64,000 nucleotides of DNA from an uncultured Bacteroidales bacterium (GCA_937899245.1 CALDKB010000054.1:24674-88673); one strand, 5' to 3'; counted from the stretch's first letter, positions 28,206-39,006 are shown. Notes: generated by a model not told the origin, from the letters alone. Program-made: numbers and translations.

Positions 28206-29366
28206 TTATTTTGCCAGTGCTTCTTTAATTTCCTTGAATTTTTTGCAGGCAGGGATTTGCTTGTAGTAAGAACCGCAAAGCTTTGGAACAGAAAGTATTG
28301 CATCTTCAGGCAGTCCGTCGAAGGCATCGTCTGCAATTTCTATTTTGTTGCCGTCGATTCTAACATAGGTAAGATTCTTGCAATTCTTGAATGCGCCTTT
28401 ATCAATTTTGTCAATGGAGCTAGGAATCCTTACCGAAGTCATGTTGCAGCTGTTGAAAGCGTTAGGTCCGATTTCCTGAATCTTGAATGGCGTTCCTTCG
28501 CGTAGAGTTTCCCACGGAAGTTTGAGTTCGCCGGTTATGTTGTCATACGATTCCTCGCAATTGATATACGGAGTAAGGGCTGCGTGTGAAGAAATTTTTG
28601 CTGTTGATTCCTTGAAGTCGATTATTTGGCAAAGGAAATTCTGTCCGGTTTCCGCCGTGGTCCAGAATAGCGGCATGTTTTCTCCGCTGGCCGTACGTTC
28701 GATGATTTCTTTTGCATCGCTCCACGGTTCTGTTTTCGAGTATATCTCGGCTGTCTTTGGCGGAACAATCAGTGTAACACCGAATAAATAAAAATCGCTG
28801 TGCTCGCCAAATTCGGGCGGGTTCTCGCAGTATAGTTCCATTTTCTTGATTTTCTTGCACTTGTCGAAGGCGCAAGTTCCAATTTTTTGCAAGTTTGGCG
28901 GAAGAATTACTTCTGCTAGTTCGGTACATCCGTTGAATGCGTCGATGTCGATTTCGGTAATTGACATAGGCATGACGACTTTCTTGATTTTCTTGCAGTC
29001 CTTGAAAGCTTGCTTTCCTATTTGTGTGATGGGGTAGTTGGCTCCTTGGTAGCTGATACGTTTCGGAATAGTTACAGTGCCCGAAATAGTATTGTTGTAC
29101 TTTTGTATTGTTTCGTAAACAAATGGCACCCACATTGTGTCAATGGTGTTCTTCTCGGTTTCCGACTTGCCTACAGCAGGTGTCAACGGGGCAATTACTT
29201 CGTACGAAGGAGGAGTTTTGGCCTTGTCGTATTTCGAAGCGACTTTGTTCTCCTTAAGACCGAAATATAACGTGTTGCCGTTTTCGTCAACGCGTGTAAT
29301 GTTTTGTGCAACAATTGGTAATGCAAGCATTAACAAAATAATGACTGATAAAATATTTCTTTTCAT
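28206..29366 (-). CDS. BspA-like leucine-rich-repeat (LRR_5) surface protein
   Basis: Repeated AF..C..L..V.[IL]P..[IL]..I motifs, for example AFKDCKKIKKVVMPMSITEIDIDAFNGCTELAEVILPPNLQKIGTCAFDKCKKIKKMEL. The start is taken at MKRNILSVIILLMLALPIVAQ (29366). Confidence 0.75.
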   Translation of the reverse strand: MKRNILSVIILLMLALPIVAQNITRVDENGNTLYFGLKENKVASKYDKAKTPPSYEVIAPLTPAVGKSETEKNTIDTMWVPFVYETIQKYNNTISGTVTIPKRISYQGANYPITQIGKQAFKDCKKIKKVVMPMSITEIDIDAFNGCTELAEVILPPNLQKIGTCAFDKCKKIKKMELYCENPPEFGEHSDFYLFGVTLIVPPKTAEIYSKTEPWSDAKEIIERTASGENMPLFWTTAETGQNFLCQIIDFKESTAKISSHAALTPYINCEESYDNITGELKLPWETLREGTPFKIQEIGPNAFNSCNMTSVRIPSSIDKIDKGAFKNCKNLTYVRIDGNKIEIADDAFDGLPEDAILSVPKLCGSYYKQIPACKKFKEIKEALAK

Positions 29367-29576
29367 AAATGAAATCTTTTTTGAAAATTCGGTGTTAAAG
29401 TTAAGCATTTGTTTCCAATTGCGAAAAAGTTATTTGACTTTTTTCCGATTTTTTTTTATGAAAATTGTGTTCCTATACTATGTTGGCTTGCAGTAATGGA
29501 GGCTTTTACGCAAAATAATTCTCAAATCTTAATAATTCACATTATATTTGCAACCAATTTTCGTAAATCACATTTG

Positions 29577-31367
29577 ATGAAGAATATACGCAACTTTTGC
29601 ATTATTGCACACATCGACCACGGCAAGAGCACATTGGCTGACAGGCTTTTGCAATATACTGGTACGGTTTCCGACCGCAATTTCCAGAACCAGGTTCTCG
29701 ACGATATGGATTTGGAGCGTGAACGTGGAATTACAATAAAAAGCCATGCCATTCAGATGGATTATGAGGCCAAGGATGGTCAGAAATATATTCTTAACCT
29801 GATTGACACTCCGGGTCATGTGGATTTTTCGTACGAGGTTAGCCGTTCTATTGCAGCTTGCGAGGGTGCCTTGCTTGTCGTTGATGCAACGCAAGGTGTT
29901 CAGGCTCAAACGATTTCCACTCTTTATCAGGCGATAGATCATGATTTGGAAATTATTCCTGTGCTAAACAAGATAGACCTTGATGCGGCAATGCCAGAGG
30001 TTGTTGAGGATCAAATTATTGAGCTTATTGGTTGCGACCGTGAGGATATCCTTCGTGCGAGCGGTAAGACTGGCGAAGGCGTTGAGGCTGTGCTGGAAGC
30101 TATTGTTAATAGGATTCCGGCGCCTAAGGGAGACCCCGACGCTCCGTTCGAGGCTCTTATTTTCGATTCTGTGTTCAATGCTTTCCGTGGAATTGTTGTT
30201 TATTTCCGAATTTTCAACGGACAGGTGAATACTAAGGACCTAGTTAAATTTGTCAATACTGGTCGCGAGTATAATGCCGAGGAGATTGGCGTGCTCAAGA
30301 TGGATTATTCACCGCGAAAGACTTTGTCGGCTGGAGATGTCGGCTATATAATTTCGGGTATTAAGACTGCTGTCGAAGTTAAGGTCGGTGATACGATAAC
30401 ACATGTGGACAGGCCGTGTACGGAGGCTATAGCCGGATTTTCGGAGGTCAAGCCGATGCTTTATGCCGGTATTTATCCAGTTGATGCTGACGATTACGAA
30501 GAACTGCGAACTTCAATTGAAAAATTGCAGTTGAACGATGCTTCACTGACCTACGATTTGGAATCGTCGGCAGCTCTTGGTTTCGGTTTCCGTTGCGGCT
30601 TCCTTGGTCTTTTGCATATGGAAATTGTTCAGGAACGTCTCGACCGAGAGTTCAACATGGACGTAATTACAACTGTGCCAAACGTTCAGTATCTTGCGTA
30701 TACGACAAAGGGTGAGAAGGTGGAAGTACATAATCCATCGGGAATGCCGGCGCCAAATTTTCTCGATCACGTTGAGGAGCCGTTCATTCGCGGAACCATT
30801 ATCACAAAGGCTGATTATGTAGGTCCAATTATTAAGCTATGCATCGACAAGCGCGGAACTTTCCTAAATCAGGTGTATCTGAGCGCCGATAGGGTGGAGT
30901 TGCATTTTGATTTGCCTTTGGGTGAGATTGTCTTCGATTTCTACGACAAGCTAAAGAGCATATCAAAAGGTTATGCATCGTTTGATTATTACCAGTCTGA
31001 ATATCGCTTGTCTAAGCTGGTTCGCCTTGATATTCTTCTCAATGGCGAAATGGTGGATGCGCTTTCTACATTGACGCACGTCAGCAATGCGCAAACTTTT
31101 GGCCGTCGCATGTGCGAAAAACTGAAGGAACTTATTCCTCGCCACCAGTTCGATGTTGCAGTTCAGGCAGCCATCGGCGGAAAGATTATCGCACGTGAAA
31201 CTGTCAAGGCAGTTCGAAAGGATGTTACTGCTAAATGTTATGGCGGCGATATTACCCGTAAGCGTAAGTTGCTTGAAAAGCAGAAGGAAGGAAAGAAGCG
31301 TATGCGCCAGATTGGCTCCGTGGAAGTTCCTCAGTCTGCATTCCTCGCCGTGCTGAAGCTCGATTAA
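29577..31367 (+). CDS. lepA: elongation factor 4
   Basis: Contains [36 protein letters not shown] and the LepA C-terminal domain. The true ATG is at 29577, and the 56-codon ORF-track extension is spurious. Confidence 0.95.
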   Translation: MKNIRNFCIIAHIDHGKSTLADRLLQYTGTVSDRNFQNQVLDDMDLERERGITIKSHAIQMDYEAKDGQKYILNLIDTPGHVDFSYEVSRSIAACEGALLVVDATQGVQAQTISTLYQAIDHDLEIIPVLNKIDLDAAMPEVVEDQIIELIGCDREDILRASGKTGEGVEAVLEAIVNRIPAPKGDPDAPFEALIFDSVFNAFRGIVVYFRIFNGQVNTKDLVKFVNTGREYNAEEIGVLKMDYSPRKTLSAGDVGYIISGIKTAVEVKVGDTITHVDRPCTEAIAGFSEVKPMLYAGIYPVDADDYEELRTSIEKLQLNDASLTYDLESSAALGFGFRCGFLGLLHMEIVQERLDREFNMDVITTVPNVQYLAYTTKGEKVEVHNPSGMPAPNFLDHVEEPFIRGTIITKADYVGPIIKLCIDKRGTFLNQVYLSADRVELHFDLPLGEIVFDFYDKLKSISKGYASFDYYQSEYRLSKLVRLDILLNGEMVDALSTLTHVSNAQTFGRRMCEKLKELIPRHQFDVAVQAAIGGKIIARETVKAVRKDVTAKCYGGDITRKRKLLEKQKEGKKRMRQIGSVEVPQSAFLAVLKLD

Positions 31368-31388
31368 CAAACAACAGAATATAAAAGG

Positions 31389-31426
31389 AAAACGGCTTGC
31401 ATTTTGAAGTGCAAGCCGTTTTTTTT
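31389..31426. terminator. bidirectional terminator between lepA and the convergent gene
   Basis: aaaacggcttgc-attttgaagt-gcaagccgtttt plus a T-run. Confidence 0.7.
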
Positions 31427-31439
31427 GATGTTTTTGCGT

Positions 31440-34067
31440 TTATATATTTAGCGACTTGTAAATAAGTTCTGCTGTTCCAATTCTGTATCCTTCGCTTCTG
31501 AATGTTATTTTTCCATTTCTGTCGATTATGAAAATCAGCGGCGGATTGTCGCGATATTGCTGTTTGGTGTCGGACAGAATTTTGTCCATGAGACCGTTAG
31601 TGTCGGTGGCAATAATTGTTTGCTTCGGCAAGTTCCATTTTGTTGCGGACAGTGGCTCGGTAAGTTTGTCCTCCGGTACAACCATCAGAATGTTGCCGTT
31701 CCATTTTTCGTATGTCTCGTGCATCGAGCCCAATTCCTTGAGCGTGTGTTTTGTCGGTTCGCGATTCGGGTCCATGAAGCATAGAATTAATGGTTTGTCC
31801 TTGGCAAGTTCCTTTATGTTTTGGACTACACCGTTGATTTCGATTTCGGTGTCGTCGTTAATCTGTCCGTAGAACTCGTTGTCGCGTGGCTTCAACTGTC
31901 GGATGACAACTTGTTTTTCGGTCGTTTCGCCAGCCTTTATGTTAAAGAATACAAGGTGCGATAATGTTTCGCCGTCGCTGTAGCGATTGCCGGTAGAAAG
32001 CATGTAGTAACCTTCTTCCAGTTCAAGCTTAACTGGGAATTCGGCAACGCGCGGATCGTTTTCATAGTCGAATGTAGTGAAGTCGCCGTCTTCAAATTTT
32101 GCAATCGTGTAGTGCGTCCAATATTGAGGCTTTATTTCTGTATCGTCTTCGTATTTTAGGATGAGAGTGCCGGTTGCCTGTGCTGGTTTTTCGGCTTCAA
32201 ACGAGACGATGTTCCAATTGTCGTTTTCGTACACAAAAAGTTGTCGGGTTGCATTGTCGAGGTAAGCGGGAATATTGAGTGAACGGCATGCTGCGATGAA
32301 GAAAATGTCGCGAGAACGGGCGTCTGCATGTTTGAGTTCAAATACGCCGCGAGGTGAAATCGGACAGTTGAAGTAGTTGCCTTCCTTGTCGATTGTGATG
32401 TTCGCCTTTGTCCATTCGATAATTTCAGCATACGAAGGGGCGTTGCCGAGTGTTTTTCCTAGGTTTTGGGATAGGAACTGACGCCACGGACGAATCATTT
32501 CGCCTTCAATACGTGCCGGCAGAATACCTTTTATGTAGATTTCCCTTGGATGCTTTTCGTCGTAATATGTTATGTGCTGCTGCAATGTTTCGGCTTTGCA
32601 GTCGCGTAAGTCTTTGTCCGATAGCGATTTCATGAATTCATATAGAAGCAGGTATTCGTTCTTTTCCGAATTGCTGTCCATGAAACTTATGATTTCCTCG
32701 TAGTTGCCTTCGCTTTTCTTTACAAATTCTGCAATCTGTTCCGTAGTAAGGTTCGCATTGGCAATCTCACCGATTTGTTCTTCGGTCGGGAATGTTTTTA
32801 GGTATGCGTTTCTGATAGAGTCTTCTGTTGCAAGTCGTTTGTTGTTGGCGGCAACTTCATCGTCAGAGGCGACATTGTCGCGTTCCTTGGCTGCTGGAGG
32901 AAGCACATCAATGTCCTGTTCGTATTCGGTTCCGGCTGTGCGTGTTAGTTTTAATGTTATTTCGTCAATTTCCCTAACGTCAATTTTTGCATAGTCGTAA
33001 ATGCCGTCTTTGCAAGCCCATATCAGCAAGTCCCCATATCCGGTAGTCAGACTTGCAGTTCCATCAGCATTTGTCATGGCGCTTGCAATAGGATAGTATT
33101 CGGCGTAATTGTAAAGCTTGAATCTGACGTTTGCGTTTTCAACGGCATTGCCGTTTTTGTCGACAACCTTTGCAGTGATTTTCCTGGTGTCGGTATAGTT
33201 CGGGAGCATATTTATGCGCGAGAACAATTCTCCTTGATGGTTTATCTCTTCGTCGCCTTTATATTTTCCGAAAGCATTTGAATGTACCATCATGCATCGT
33301 GTAGATGGAATTGCAAACCATCCCATGTCGAGTTTGGCGTCGGGTTCGCAGGCGCCAAGGAAATACCATTTCCCGTCAACCCATACTTCCACCCAAGCAT
33401 GGTTGTCGTCGGTGTGGGCCCAACGTGGTGTATAGCACTGGCGAGCAGGAATTCCGACAGCTCGTAGGGCAGTGACTGTAAATGTGGATTCTTCGCCACA
33501 ACGGCCAAATCCAGTACGAATACTAGCCAATGGCGATGAGGTGCGAGCGTCGGAAGCACGGTATGTTACTTTTTCGTGGCACCAGTGGTTTACTTCGAGT
33601 GCCGCATCGTACATCGACATGTCTTTGATTCGGTCTTTTATTTCGTTGAAAATGAACATTCTGGCAGTGTCGAGATCTTCGTTGTTTACTCGATATACAA
33701 GAACAAAATGGCGGAAAATGTCCTCGGGGACATTCTTGCCCCAGCTAAAGAAATTGCGCGCCATGAAGGCGTATTTTACTTGGTTAACGAAAAAGTCTCC
33801 ATTGTAATCGGCAAGGTCGCTAAATGGCATATATGCGTACAGGAACTTTAAGGCTTCGGTTTCCTCTGTTGTAAGCTGTTCGTTGAAAACTGAAAATAGT
33901 TCTTCGCTGCGCCCCTGTGTCAGTTCCTTGCGCACTTCAAAGTCGGTTTCGACTTGGTTGCGATATGCTTCGTCGGTAATGAAATGTTTCTCGTTGTCGT
34001 GATTGCAAGATACAAATGCTATTGCTGTCGACAGAATTGCTATTGCTACCTTTGTTATGTGTTTCAT
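31440..34067 (-). CDS. transglutaminase-core lipoprotein with a C-terminal thioredoxin-like (redox-inactive) domain
   Basis: 875 aa with lipobox FVSC. The Cys-His-Asp core context reads GFGRCGEESTF...AHTDDNHAWVEVWVDGKWYFLGACEP. The C-terminal TlpA-like fold (KPLILCFMDPNREPTKH...IFIIDRNGKI) has no CxxC. Confidence 0.7.
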   Translation of the reverse strand: MKHITKVAIAILSTAIAFVSCNHDNEKHFITDEAYRNQVETDFEVRKELTQGRSEELFSVFNEQLTTEETEALKFLYAYMPFSDLADYNGDFFVNQVKYAFMARNFFSWGKNVPEDIFRHFVLVYRVNNEDLDTARMFIFNEIKDRIKDMSMYDAALEVNHWCHEKVTYRASDARTSSPLASIRTGFGRCGEESTFTVTALRAVGIPARQCYTPRWAHTDDNHAWVEVWVDGKWYFLGACEPDAKLDMGWFAIPSTRCMMVHSNAFGKYKGDEEINHQGELFSRINMLPNYTDTRKITAKVVDKNGNAVENANVRFKLYNYAEYYPIASAMTNADGTASLTTGYGDLLIWACKDGIYDYAKIDVREIDEITLKLTRTAGTEYEQDIDVLPPAAKERDNVASDDEVAANNKRLATEDSIRNAYLKTFPTEEQIGEIANANLTTEQIAEFVKKSEGNYEEIISFMDSNSEKNEYLLLYEFMKSLSDKDLRDCKAETLQQHITYYDEKHPREIYIKGILPARIEGEMIRPWRQFLSQNLGKTLGNAPSYAEIIEWTKANITIDKEGNYFNCPISPRGVFELKHADARSRDIFFIAACRSLNIPAYLDNATRQLFVYENDNWNIVSFEAEKPAQATGTLILKYEDDTEIKPQYWTHYTIAKFEDGDFTTFDYENDPRVAEFPVKLELEEGYYMLSTGNRYSDGETLSHLVFFNIKAGETTEKQVVIRQLKPRDNEFYGQINDDTEIEINGVVQNIKELAKDKPLILCFMDPNREPTKHTLKELGSMHETYEKWNGNILMVVPEDKLTEPLSATKWNLPKQTIIATDTNGLMDKILSDTKQQYRDNPPLIFIIDRNGKITFRSEGYRIGTAELIYKSLNI

Positions 34068-34076
34068 GTCTGTATG

Positions 34077-34787
34077 TTATAATCTTTTTACTTGTTCTAC
34101 CAGTATTTTGGCTTCTTCCATGTCGGTCTCGCTGTATTTGCTCGATTCTTCAATATTTGTCCTTTGCAAATTTTCAACAATATGCTTGCATGAGGAATGT
34201 ACTTCTGTGGCGCCAGTATCCCTGATGATTGTTGCTGCATTTTGTGAATTTACGCCACTACCGGCAAGAATAGCTATTCGTCCATTGGCTTGAGAAACGA
34301 TTTCGCGAAGAACGTTCATTCCTTCGGGCGCAGTCTTTCGTTGTCCTGATGTTAGGATTCTGTCGCAACCGCAGTCTATAATCTGTTCCAAGGCAACTTG
34401 CCAGTTTCTGCAACGGTCGAAGGCGCGATGGAAAGTTACTTCCATTGGCCTTGCAAGTTTTACGATTTCTTTGGTTCGTTCTATGTCAATATCAAGATTT
34501 TTGTCCAAAAAGCCAATGACAACACCGTGAACGCCAAGTTCACGGCACATGATGACGTCATTCTTTATTGTTTCGTATTCGGCATCGTTGTAGCAGAAAT
34601 CACCCGGACGTGGGCGTATTAGCACCATTGTCTTTAGCGAAAGATGTTCGATGCAGTATTTTATTGTGGCATACGATGGTGTGGTGCCACCTTCGTTTAG
34701 GTTATGGCATAGTTCTATTCTGTCGGCACCTGCCTTGTCGGCATTTATTGCCGACTGCACCGAGTTTGCACAAATTTCTATTATCAT
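34077..34787 (-). CDS. cutC: copper homeostasis protein CutC
   Basis: 236 aa beginning MIIEICANSVQSAINADKAGADRIELC. Confidence 0.85.
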   Translation of the reverse strand: MIIEICANSVQSAINADKAGADRIELCHNLNEGGTTPSYATIKYCIEHLSLKTMVLIRPRPGDFCYNDAEYETIKNDVIMCRELGVHGVVIGFLDKNLDIDIERTKEIVKLARPMEVTFHRAFDRCRNWQVALEQIIDCGCDRILTSGQRKTAPEGMNVLREIVSQANGRIAILAGSGVNSQNAATIIRDTGATEVHSSCKHIVENLQRTNIEESSKYSETDMEEAKILVEQVKRL

Positions 34788-34800
34788 GGTTATATCTTTT

Positions 34801-35940
34801 TTATTTTGGTATTTGTCCGAAAAGACCGATGATCTTTTCCGTCATTATGTTCCATGCGTATTTGCTTTTTTCCTCGGCAACTCGTTTCTCAAACGCCTGG
34901 CCTTTGCTGTTGCTGAAGAAGTCGAATATTGCTTCGGAAATTTCTTCTGGCTTCGGTTCCGTCACATATCCGCTTTCGTTGTTGATGACAATTTCGCATA
35001 ATCCGCCCACATTTGTAACAAGCATTGGTTTTTCAAAGTGAAATGCAATTTGAGTTACACCGCTCTGCGTTGCCGATTTGTAAGTCTGAGCGATAATGTC
35101 GCAAGCCGAAAAATACAGATTTACCTTTTCGTCGGGAATAAATTCGTTGTGAATGATGATTTTGTCTTCGAGTCCGAGACTTGAAATCTGGTCGCGGTAA
35201 AGTTTTTCCTCCTGATAGAATTCGCCGGCGACAATTAGTTTTATGTTGCTATCTTTTATTCTGCTGTCGGCAAAAGCGTCAAGCAGTAAGTCAAGTCCTT
35301 TGTATGCACGAACAAGGCCGAAGAACAAAACATATCTGCTGTCGGCCGAAAGACCTAATTCGCGCAATGCTTTTTCTCGCTCTAAGCGAATGCCGTAATG
35401 ATCGTAAATAGGGTGGGGCGAGAATGTTTTCGGCTTGTCCTTTTTGTCAAACTTGTCAATATCGTCGACAACTGACTTTGAAAGTGCAATGAATCCATCC
35501 ATCGACTTTACAAAATATGGTGGCAAAATCTTGTCCAAGATATTTTGCTCGTGTGGTATCATGTTGTGTACCAGTGCAATGCATTTTGTTTTGCCGTTCT
35601 TCCGGATTTTTCTTGCAATTGTTCCAAAGCATGGTGCCATAAACGACATCCAGTAGCAGAAAATTACAAGGTCTGCATTTTTATTTTTTATTTTGTATCC
35701 GGTTTTTATCCAGTTGAACGGATTCGTGGAGTTTATCTTGCGAGAAATATTCAGTTTTTCGGGTTTAGGTGAGGTGGTGTATTGTGTTTTTCCCGGAAAA
35801 AGGAACGATGGATATTGCAAGGAAAAAGTAATCATTTCAACGTCGTGACCAGCATTCAAGAATTCGGTTGCAAGTCTTTCGTTGAATGTGGCGAGGCCGC
35901 CTCTGTAAGGGTGAGCGCTACCAACAATGATGATTTTCAT
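34801..35940 (-). CDS. GT4-family (GT-B) glycosyltransferase
   Basis: 379 aa beginning MKIIIVGSAHPYRGGLATF. The C-terminal half contains the E-x7-E-like region QTYKSATQSGVTQIAFHFEKPMLVTNVGGLCEIV. Confidence 0.7.
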   Translation of the reverse strand: MKIIIVGSAHPYRGGLATFNERLATEFLNAGHDVEMITFSLQYPSFLFPGKTQYTTSPKPEKLNISRKINSTNPFNWIKTGYKIKNKNADLVIFCYWMSFMAPCFGTIARKIRKNGKTKCIALVHNMIPHEQNILDKILPPYFVKSMDGFIALSKSVVDDIDKFDKKDKPKTFSPHPIYDHYGIRLEREKALRELGLSADSRYVLFFGLVRAYKGLDLLLDAFADSRIKDSNIKLIVAGEFYQEEKLYRDQISSLGLEDKIIIHNEFIPDEKVNLYFSACDIIAQTYKSATQSGVTQIAFHFEKPMLVTNVGGLCEIVINNESGYVTEPKPEEISEAIFDFFSNSKGQAFEKRVAEEKSKYAWNIMTEKIIGLFGQIPK

Positions 35941-35952
35941 GGATTCTTGCTT

Positions 35953-37038
35953 TTATTTTATTCCGTCGCCGAACTTAAGTTTGGCATCATTAAGCATTTC
36001 GGTGAGGGTTTGTTCGTTTTCGCGTTTGCAAATGAGCAGCGCCTTGTCGGTGTCGACAACGATGAAGTCGTTGAGGTCGCGGATGATGGCAATTTTCTTG
36101 TCGTCCTGTATGTTTACATAGTTGCCGTTTGAGTTGGCGAACAAAGTGTTCTTGTGCAGGTCGGTGTTGGCGTCTTTGTCTCTTTCGGCGATGGTATAGA
36201 GTGAGTTCCAAGTTCCCAGGTCCGACCAGCCGAAATTGGTTTGCATCACATATACGTTCGATTCCTTTTCCATTACGCCAAAGTCGATAGAAATGCTTTT
36301 GGCTCCGGAATAAATCTCGGTTATAGCTTCTTTTTCGCGTGGAGTGTTGAAATGTTTTATTCCTTCGGAGAATAGCGAGTACAATTCCTTTAGATGGCGT
36401 TTAATAGCATCGCGGATTGCAGTCTGCTTCCAAAGGAAAAGTCCTGAGTTCCAGAGGAAGTCGCCGCTTTCGATGAAGAATTTTGCGAGTTCGAGTTGCG
36501 GTTTTTCCGTAAAAGTCTTTACCGGTATGAACTTTTTGCTTTCTGTATTTTCCGACATCTGTATGTATCCGTAGCCGGTGGCGGGACGGTTCGGGGTAAT
36601 TCCGAGTGTAAGCAGAGCATTGCTTTCTGTTACGAACTCAAGTCCCTCGTTGATGTTGTCGAGGAAAAGGTCTTCGTTTAGGATCAGGTGGTCGGCAGGA
36701 GTAACAACTATTTTAGCATCAGGGTTTTTCAGTCCGATTTTGCAGTTCGCATACATTATGCAAGGAGCTGTGTTGCGACGCATAGGTTCGCCGAGAATAT
36801 TCTCGACAGGGACTTTAGGCAACTGTTCGTGTACTATGCCGATGTATTCCTCGTTAGTAACGACATAAATGTTTTCGTCGGGGATTATTTTTGTGAAGCG
36901 GTCGAATGTCTGCTGTATTAATGTTCTGCCAACACCAAGGATGTCAAGGAATTGCTTTGGCATGTTAGAGCGGCTAACAGGCCAGAAACGGCTGCCGATT
37001 CCGCCGGCCATAATAACGCAGTAGTACGATTTGTCCAT
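35953..37038 (-). CDS. mannose-1-phosphate guanylyltransferase-like nucleotidyltransferase
   Basis: Contains YCVIMAGGIGSRFWPVSRSNMPKQFL. The start is taken at MDKSYY (37038). Confidence 0.8.
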   Translation of the reverse strand: MDKSYYCVIMAGGIGSRFWPVSRSNMPKQFLDILGVGRTLIQQTFDRFTKIIPDENIYVVTNEEYIGIVHEQLPKVPVENILGEPMRRNTAPCIMYANCKIGLKNPDAKIVVTPADHLILNEDLFLDNINEGLEFVTESNALLTLGITPNRPATGYGYIQMSENTESKKFIPVKTFTEKPQLELAKFFIESGDFLWNSGLFLWKQTAIRDAIKRHLKELYSLFSEGIKHFNTPREKEAITEIYSGAKSISIDFGVMEKESNVYVMQTNFGWSDLGTWNSLYTIAERDKDANTDLHKNTLFANSNGNYVNIQDDKKIAIIRDLNDFIVVDTDKALLICKRENEQTLTEMLNDAKLKFGDGIK

Positions 37039-37246
37039 TGTGTGCATAGTAATCTCGTTTTATATTTCTATGCAAAGTAACAACAAATATTTGTTATTGG
37101 CGAATTATGGCGGAAGTTTATTCGGAAGATTTTATGTCCGTTAGGTTATTCCGTGCCGCGTCTGCATTTTGTTGACAATAGCACCATTATTCAAGCCAAG
37201 AAGTGGTGTTGGCTTGTGAGATTGCCTGTAATCTTTTGGTATGCAA

Positions 37247-37275
37247 GCTGCAACGGCCGTATTTGTGCAGCCGTT
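37247..37275. other. conserved hairpin ending cassette B
   Basis: gcaacggcc-gtatttgt-gcagccgttg closely resembles 39789-39817, including the flanks caagc...agttt. Confidence 0.5.
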
Positions 37276-37542
37276 GAGTTTAATGTGTCAACGAGAATGT
37301 TGTGTATTTTTTCTCCGCTTTCTAAAATCGTAGAATGCTAGGTGGCTTTATGTTTAATATTATCACATCCTTATCATCTATATTCACCAACTGTTTATAG
37401 GTTTGAATATATTTGCCACGGTCCTCTTCGGCAAGAATAATATCCTGTGTTTTATACACTTCGTATTCGTAAATATAGTTTATGAAAATGCATTGCACAG
37501 CTACAAAAAATCGCTGCAGCTGTAGTCTGCGGCGGAAAAACT

Positions 37543-38991
37543 TTACTTGTCAATCTTGTATATGCAGTTTATCTTTATGCTGGTGTCCAATATCTTTTTT
37601 TCAACAAAGAATACCTTTGGAGAGTTGAACATAAGTTCATATTTCTTCTTGTGCAGATTTTTATTTGATAAACTCAACGCACCAAGATTTTCTTCGACAT
37701 GGACTACCATTATTTTCCCATACTTGCTTCCAAACCTGCAATGGCTGCAAGCCCCATAGTCGGCAAACATTATGTAATCAAAGTCCTTGTAGTCATATTG
37801 AATGCCAGTAGTGTCAAATATTGTTTCCATCGACGAAATAGGGGGATACTTTTCTCGTCTAAGCATTTCTGCATCATTAGGATCGTAATCTTTGATAGTA
37901 GATGCCGTGTAGTAATAATGGTATATGCCATCGTTCCCAAGCGAATCATCGATTGTTTCGTAGCTTGTCCCGTTGAAAAGAATTTGCTGCGACGACATGA
38001 GGTCATTATTGCCGTTTATAACCCCATTAATATTCTTGAACTTTTTCGACTTTACGGAATATACAAAGTCGATATGTCTTCCTGTAAACTCAGCCTCGTC
38101 TATGTGAACCATTATGTACAGCAAGTCGTTGCCTATGAAAGCAATCTTATCTATTTTGGGTTTGATAAAAATCTTATATTTATCCATAATCTGCAGATTA
38201 AGATATGCTTTCCCATAATTTTCGAGCAGAACCTTATCTGGCAATATGGAATCTAAAACTTGTTCAGTTAGTAGGATAGGCGGATAATCAATATTTACTG
38301 TATCAATAATATTAAGTTTACCATTCATTATATACACTTCTCCCTTTAATGGGTTCGACACAGCAATATAATCATCAGACTTGGCTATCATATTAATGCC
38401 ATAATGAGATAACAGTATGCCTTTGCCAATGTCAAACTTAACAGATTTTTCTGCCATACGGGTCTTCATGTTGAATATCCTTACTGTGATATTGTCATAC
38501 GGCTGTCCTTTACGGCTGTTGTTGTATGTGTTGGCGAGTAACACCTTATCGTTTGACTTTCCATCGAGTCTCGAGATATGGTTATATGTGTCCTTGAGTC
38601 TAATTTTTTTCTTAATCTTAAGTTCGTCCTCTTTTTTTTGTGTTCTATATATGAAAAACTGTGACATTATGAGGATTTCGCCATCAGGCATTTCCGCGCC
38701 ATAATACGAATCTTCATAAGCGCTTAACCCTTTTCTTGGCCTTTTGAAATATAGTTTTATGTCCTTTAATGTACTATCAATAACAAGCAAAAGTACTGTA
38801 TCTTCTGTTTTCTCTGAATACTGAAGCCTCATTGGAACAATTGTCTTGCTCGAGCTCTGAAATCTATTGTAATAATCATAATATTCAACACTTTGCCACT
38901 TTTCAAGTTCCAATTTGGGAGAAACTGAGAATGTTTGAGACAATAAATCCAAACAAATAAAAACAAATAAAAATAGTGCAGATGCCTTCAT
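37543..38991 (-). CDS. hypothetical secreted protein with a C-terminal CxxC motif (cassette B large protein)
   Basis: 482 aa with the signal peptide MKASALFLFVFICLDLLSQ. Tyr/Asn/Lys-rich and AT-rich in codon usage. GACSHC lies at nt 37738-37749 in the context FDYIMFADYGACSHCRF, paralleling SDYCIVTLYFQAGCVSCRM in the 564-aa neighbour. I recognise no family with certainty. Confidence 0.55.
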   Translation of the reverse strand: MKASALFLFVFICLDLLSQTFSVSPKLELEKWQSVEYYDYYNRFQSSSKTIVPMRLQYSEKTEDTVLLLVIDSTLKDIKLYFKRPRKGLSAYEDSYYGAEMPDGEILIMSQFFIYRTQKKEDELKIKKKIRLKDTYNHISRLDGKSNDKVLLANTYNNSRKGQPYDNITVRIFNMKTRMAEKSVKFDIGKGILLSHYGINMIAKSDDYIAVSNPLKGEVYIMNGKLNIIDTVNIDYPPILLTEQVLDSILPDKVLLENYGKAYLNLQIMDKYKIFIKPKIDKIAFIGNDLLYIMVHIDEAEFTGRHIDFVYSVKSKKFKNINGVINGNNDLMSSQQILFNGTSYETIDDSLGNDGIYHYYYTASTIKDYDPNDAEMLRREKYPPISSMETIFDTTGIQYDYKDFDYIMFADYGACSHCRFGSKYGKIMVVHVEENLGALSLSNKNLHKKKYELMFNSPKVFFVEKKILDTSIKINCIYKIDK

Positions 38992-39006
38992 TGTTAATTA
39001 TTTTAA

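Noticed and set aside
29409-29576. 56-codon extension upstream of lepA
   Set aside because: LepA universally begins near M-x-x-[15 protein letters not shown]. The upstream part is intergenic and overlaps the divergent LRR gene's promoter region.
37153-37341. 62-aa plus-strand ORF in the spacer between cassette B and manC
   Set aside because: It has no signal, no motif and no promoter-like box, and it spans the conserved terminal hairpin, so it is more likely non-coding.
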